From Dehalococcoidia bacterium (lineage in GTDB: Bacteria > Chloroflexota > Dehalococcoidia > WHTO01): 50,210 bases of DNA. The stretch spans positions 1 to 50,210 of the forward strand of contig WHTO01000004.1 in NCBI GenBank assembly GCA_009377665.1. The letters run 5' to 3'. Numbering within the stretch: the stretch's first letter is position 1; each line of letters begins with the position of its first letter. Made by a program: the position numbers and the translations under genes. A model generated the notes under the pieces. It saw only the letters and a program-made list of their open reading frames with translations, made no database searches and was not told the origin of the DNA. Shown here in pieces: positions 46,807 through 50,210 of this stretch.

Positions 46807-46829
46807 CCAGGGAGGCTCGCCCTCCCTGG
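46807..46829 (-). terminator. Strong hairpin downstream of ino1
   Basis: CCAGGGAGG-CTCGC-CCTCCCTGG is a perfect 9-bp stem. It lies about 45 nt past the ino1 stop, inside a 270-nt gap. Confidence 0.4.
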
Positions 46830-46872
46830 ATCCTCCTGTTGGTTCTGCGAGGACGCGCGTCCCGGTCGGCGG

Positions 46873-47967
46873 TCAGGTGGCGACTTCGTCGCGGATGAAG
46901 GCTTCTACCTTGTCGCGGGCCTGGTCGTCGGTGAACTGCTTCGGCGGCGACTTCATGAAGTAGGCCGAAGGCCCCTCGAGCGGGCCGCCGATGCCACGGT
47001 CGAGCGCCAGCTTGGCGCAGCGCACGGCGTCGATGACGACGCCGGCCGAGTTCGGGCTGTCCCAGACCTCGAGTTTAAGCTCGACGTTGAGCGGTACGTC
47101 ACCGAAGCCCTTGCCCTCCATGCGGATGTAGCACCACTTGCGGTCGCTGAGCCAGGGCACGTGGTCGCTCGGTCCGATGTGGATGCTGCCCGGCGCCATC
47201 TCGGAGTCGAGCTGCGAGGCGACCGAATTCGTCTTCGAGATCTTCTTGGAGATGAGGCGGTCGCGCTCGAGCATGTTCAGAAAGTCGGTATTACCGCCGA
47301 AGTTGAGCTGATAGGTGTTGTCGAGGTGCACGCCGCGGTCCTGGAAGAGGCGCGTCAGCACGCGGTGGACGATGGTGGCGCCGACCTGCGACTTGATGTC
47401 GTCGCCGATTATCGGCAGACGCGCCTGCTCGAAGCGCTTTGGCCAGTAGCCGTTGGGGTCGCGGGCGATGAACACCGGAATGCAGTTGACGAAGGCGCAG
47501 CCGGCCTGCAGGACCTGCTCGACGTACCACTTGGTGGCCTCTTCAGAGCCGACGGGCAGATAGCTGACGACGACGTCGGTTCTCGTCTCCTTGAGGATGC
47601 CGACGACGTCGGCCGTGCCGCCTGGCGCCTTGGTTATCACGTCCTCGAGGTAGCGGCCGATGCCGTCGTGGGTCATGCCGCGGAAGACGCGGGCGCCAGT
47701 CTGTGGTACGTCGGCGAACTTCACCGTGTTGTTGGGCTCGGCAAGGATCGCCTCGGAGAGGTCCTTTCCGACCTTGGTGACGTTGATGTCGAAGGCGGCG
47801 GTGAAGTTGATATCACGAACGTGATAGCCGCCGAGGTTGACGTGCATGAGACCGGGGACGAAATCGTCCTCGCGCGCGTCCTTGTAGTACTCGACGCCCT
47901 GGACGAGCGAAGAGGCGCAATTTCCGACGCCGACGATGGCGACGTTAATCTTGCCGTTTTCACCCAT
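46873..47967 (-). CDS. ino1: myo-Inositol-3-phosphate synthase
   Basis: [23 protein letters not shown] is a Rossmann motif. The overall 364-aa bacterial/archaeal MIPS pattern is present (..[10 protein letters not shown].., ..SKKISKT..). Confidence 0.95.
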   Translation of the reverse strand: MGENGKINVAIVGVGNCASSLVQGVEYYKDAREDDFVPGLMHVNLGGYHVRDINFTAAFDINVTKVGKDLSEAILAEPNNTVKFADVPQTGARVFRGMTHDGIGRYLEDVITKAPGGTADVVGILKETRTDVVVSYLPVGSEEATKWYVEQVLQAGCAFVNCIPVFIARDPNGYWPKRFEQARLPIIGDDIKSQVGATIVHRVLTRLFQDRGVHLDNTYQLNFGGNTDFLNMLERDRLISKKISKTNSVASQLDSEMAPGSIHIGPSDHVPWLSDRKWCYIRMEGKGFGDVPLNVELKLEVWDSPNSAGVVIDAVRCAKLALDRGIGGPLEGPSAYFMKSPPKQFTDDQARDKVEAFIRDEVAT

Positions 47968-47986
47968 GGTTGATCCCCCTGTATAT

Positions 47987-48021
47987 GAAGATCGTCCACC
48001 GCAGAGGGCGGACGATTCTTC
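47987..48021 (-). promoter_or_regulatory. Stable hairpin in the ino1 5' leader
   Basis: Minus strand reads GAAGAATCGTCC-GCCCTCTGCGGT-GGACGATCTTC, 11 bp with one bulge. It ends about 19 nt before the ATG, just 5' of the GGGGGA RBS. Confidence 0.3.
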
Positions 48022-48231
48022 GGTGAATTCCCTTTAAGACAAGCGAATATTAGGTCACGAACCGAACATGGCAGATTGTATCATAGGCGGCGGCCTGGGC
48101 TTCGGGGGCTCGCCAGGGCAGGCCCGCTGTCTGCTCACGCCTGGCCGCGGCATCAGCGCGACCCGCCCTGGCCCTGCAGGAGTGGAACCTCACCCCGCCC
48201 CGCCTGCGGCGGGCCACCCCTCTCCGCAAGC

Positions 48232-48281
48232 TGTTCAGACCGGAGACATGATGGACACCCGTTCGGAGACATGGTGGACAC
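48232..48281 (+). repeat. Left terminal inverted repeat, containing two copies of a 17-bp motif
   Basis: GGAGACATGATGGACAC (48242-48258) and GGAGACATGGTGGACAC (48265-48281) are 16/17 identical and 23 bp apart. Confidence 0.75.
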
Positions 48282-48317
48282 AATAGACGGCAGGAAATCG
48301 CCCGTAAGGAGATGTTC

Positions 48318-49443
48318 ATGCCGTGGCAGGAGGTGTCCGTCGTGTCGTCACGCAAGGAGTTCGTGCTGCTTGCAAGCCAGCCGGGAGCAAACATCAGGGA
48401 GCTCTGCAGGCGCAATGGTGTGAGTCCCACCACGGCTTACAAGATTCTGGCCAGGTTTGGGGAGGAGGGCGAGGCCGGTCTCCTTGACCGTCTTCGGCGA
48501 CCCCATGTCTTCCCCAGGCAGACGCTGGCGGATGTAGAGGAAGCGGTACTGGAGGTACGAGACCGCCATCCAGCCTGGGGCGGGCGCAAGATCCGCCGAC
48601 GGCTGCTCGACCTGGGCCACGAGCAGGTCCCGGCGGCGAGCACGATCACAGTCATCCTCCAGCGCAACGGACGCCTGGCTGGCGCCGCAGGGTGCAGCAG
48701 CAAGCGCTGGCAGCGCTTCGAGCAGGAGGCTCCCAACCGCCTCTGGCAAATGGACTTCAAGGGCCACTTTGCCCTCGTCCTCGGACGCTGCCACGCCCTC
48801 ACCGTCCTCGACGACCACTCGCGCTTCGCTCTCGGGCTCGAGGCCTGCGGCAACCAGCGGGGGACCACCGTCCAGGAGTGCTTAAGCCACGTCTTTCGCA
48901 GCTACGGGCTGCCCGAGTGCATGCTGATGGACAACGGCTCGCCCTGGGGCTCGGACTTTGAGCATCCCCACACCCCGCTAACCGCCTGGCTGATCCGGTT
49001 GGGAGTACGCGTTCTTCACTCCAGGCCCTATCACCCCCAGACCATGGGCAAGGACGAACGCTTCCACCGCACGCTCAAGGCCGAGCTGCTGGGCGGCCCG
49101 CCCTTCCGCGACCTCGTGCACTGCCAGCGCCGATTCGACCGCTGGCGCGACGTCTACAACCTGGAGCGTCCCCACGAAGCGCTGGGCATGGCCACGCCAG
49201 CCAGTCGCTACCGGTCCAGCCCGCGCCCCTTCCCCGAGAGCCTGCCCGCGATTGAGTATGGGCCTGGGGATAGCGTCCGCAAGGTGGGCGAGAAGGGGCG
49301 GATCGCGTTCCGAGGCCGCGTGCAAAGTCAGCAAAGCCTTCCGCGGCTATCCCATAGCTCTAAGGCCCACGACCGAGGATGGCTGCTGGGATGTCCACTT
49401 CTGCAGCCAGCGAGTCGGCCGGATCGACGTCAAGGAAGATTGA
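48318..49443 (+). pseudogene. IS481-family DDE transposase with a +1 frame break near the C-terminus
   Basis: It has an N-terminal HTH (IRELCRRNGVSPTTAYKILARF) and an rve core (LWQMDFKG..LTVLDDHSR..LMDNGSPW..HPQTMGKDERFHRTLK). After ..GRIAFRGR (about 49317-49324) the family-typical end KVSKAFRGYPIALRPTTEDGCWDVHFCSQRVGRIDVKED lies in the +1 frame (ORF 49252..49443). The listed frame instead runs on to 49559. Confidence 0.8.
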
Positions 49444-49445
49444 AA

Positions 49446-49495
49446 GCGTCCACCATGTGTCCGAACACCTGTAACCTATGTGTCCGGTCTGAACA
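49446..49495 (-). repeat. Right terminal inverted repeat of the IS
   Basis: Its reverse complement reads TGTTCAGACCGGACACATAGGTTACAGGTGTTCGGACACATGGTGGACGC, which aligns to the left IR. Confidence 0.75.
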
Positions 49496-49527
49496 CCTCA
49501 GGAGAGGGGTCGGGGGTGACCCCCGGC

Positions 49528-50142
49528 TCAGGGCACGAACTGGGTGGTCTCGCAGTTGACGGCCGTATCGCCGAGGCCCACGCTGCCGTTGCAGAAGTCG
49601 TTGCCGGGGCCGCCGTTGAGGGCGTCGGGACCGGGGCCGCCGGTCAGGATGTCGTTGCCCCCGAGCCCGATCAGCGTGTCTTCGCCGCCGAAGCCCCACA
49701 GCCGGTTGGGCCCGGCGTTGCCACGCAGAGTGTCGGCGCCCGACGACCCGCTCAGGTCCTCGATGGCGATCAAGTCGTCGTTGCCCTGCCCGATAGCGGT
49801 GCCCGCCGCCAGGTTGGCGTTGACGGGTGTGCTGCCCCCGTAGAGCGCGCGGTCCCGTCCGCCTTCGCCGTCGATGGTGTCGTTGTCTTCATTGCCGGCG
49901 ATCAGGTCGTTGCCGTCTCCGCCGCAGATCACGTCGTCTCCGCCGCGGCCTCTGACAAAGTCATTCCCGCCCAATGCGTGGATAACGTCGGCGCCGTTCG
50001 TGCCGACGATGGAGCACCGTTGATGCTGTGCCGAACCGGTCAGGAATCCAAAGCCTGATTGCGTTACGGCGTTACGCTTTTGATTTGAAACGCCCGGTGC
50101 TTGGTCTGGCCTTTTTACGCGGAAACTAATGCGAATCTGCAC
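49528..50142 (-). CDS. RTX-type (hemolysin-type calcium-binding repeat) protein, possibly truncated
   Basis: It has repeated GGxGxD nonapeptides (GGNDFVRGRGGDDVICGGDGNDLIAG..GLGGNDILTGGPGPDALNGGPGNDF). There is no N-terminal signal. The start is uncertain, because the listed N-terminus lies in a lower-GC stretch. Confidence 0.7.
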   Translation of the reverse strand: MQIRISFRVKRPDQAPGVSNQKRNAVTQSGFGFLTGSAQHQRCSIVGTNGADVIHALGGNDFVRGRGGDDVICGGDGNDLIAGNEDNDTIDGEGGRDRALYGGSTPVNANLAAGTAIGQGNDDLIAIEDLSGSSGADTLRGNAGPNRLWGFGGEDTLIGLGGNDILTGGPGPDALNGGPGNDFCNGSVGLGDTAVNCETTQFVP

Positions 50143-50210
50143 CGTTCGCAGTAACAGCAGTAAATCTAGCGGGTTGAAGTCCCGTCCGGGGAGTTGTCCG
50201 TACGCCCCGG

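Larger units (their letters stand above)
48216..49510 (+). mobile_element. IS481-family insertion sequence (about 1.3 kb)
   Basis: An rve-type transposase is flanked by imperfect inverted repeats. 48232-48281 matches the reverse complement of 49446-49495 at 39/50 positions, with the first 10 nt (TGTTCAGACC) identical. An outer 10/10 match (ACCCCTCTCC at 48216-48225 against 49501-49510) lies beyond a 1-nt indel. Confidence 0.8.

Noticed and set aside
45781-47973. 730-aa ORF on the + strand, the longest in the track
   Set aside because: It lies antisense to ino1 and the acyltransferase gene, both of which have clear family motifs. Its translation is Arg/Gly/Ala/Val-rich with no motifs. This is the typical shadow ORF of a high-GC genome.
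50175-50205. tRNA T-arm-like or RNase P-like string (GCGGGTTGAAGTCCCGTCCGGGGAG)
   Set aside because: The loop is TTGAAGT, lacking the near-invariant TTC of a T-loop. No complementary acceptor 5' strand occurs upstream. It does not match the GAGGAAAGTCCGGGC P4 element of RNase P RNA.

Overview
High-GC (about 65% by eye) bacterial chromosomal segment, densely coding and dominated by housekeeping and respiratory genes. The lineage cannot be fixed without a database search. The gene content fits a Chloroflexota- or Actinomycetota-like aerobe: split cytochrome b6/subunit IV, cupredoxins, an 11-subunit nuo operon, ino1 and an F420-type LLM oxidoreductase.

Main blocks, left to right:
- prfB, with its programmed +1 frameshift
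- fabH and an MBL hydrolase
- A long minus-strand block: 7TM-HD phosphohydrolase, GatB/YqeY, a thioredoxin-fold lipoprotein, two tandem desulforedoxin-like minigenes, and a cytochrome bc-type operon. That operon reads small TM ORF, cyt b6, subunit IV, Rieske, cytochrome c-cupredoxin fusion, cupredoxin lipoprotein.
- ppk1, ppx and sixA, then an amidase
- A small lower-GC islet with convergent HicB-like and HicA-like genes
- ychF, LLM oxidoreductase, EndoIII-like protein and trmO
- nuoABCD-HIJKLMN (no nuoEFG)
- glnA, a two-domain GT2, PHP, DUF2203, a third cupredoxin, SirB1-like, GDPD and M23 genes
- Two tandem PatA/HtrB-type acyltransferases next to ino1
- One IS481-family element with a frameshifted transposase, then an RTX-repeat gene at the right edge

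I found no CRISPR array, rRNA, tRNA or recognisable defence system.

The most unusual material is in the respiratory genes:
- A translationally coupled ORF encoding a probably disordered protein, wedged between nuoC and nuoD
- A duplicated basic module on the NuoC C-terminus
- A cytochrome c-cupredoxin fusion in the bc operon
- Unannotated minigenes: a 43-aa TM ORF and two desulforedoxin-like ORFs

All functional calls rest on my own motif and family recognition from the translations. No searches were run.
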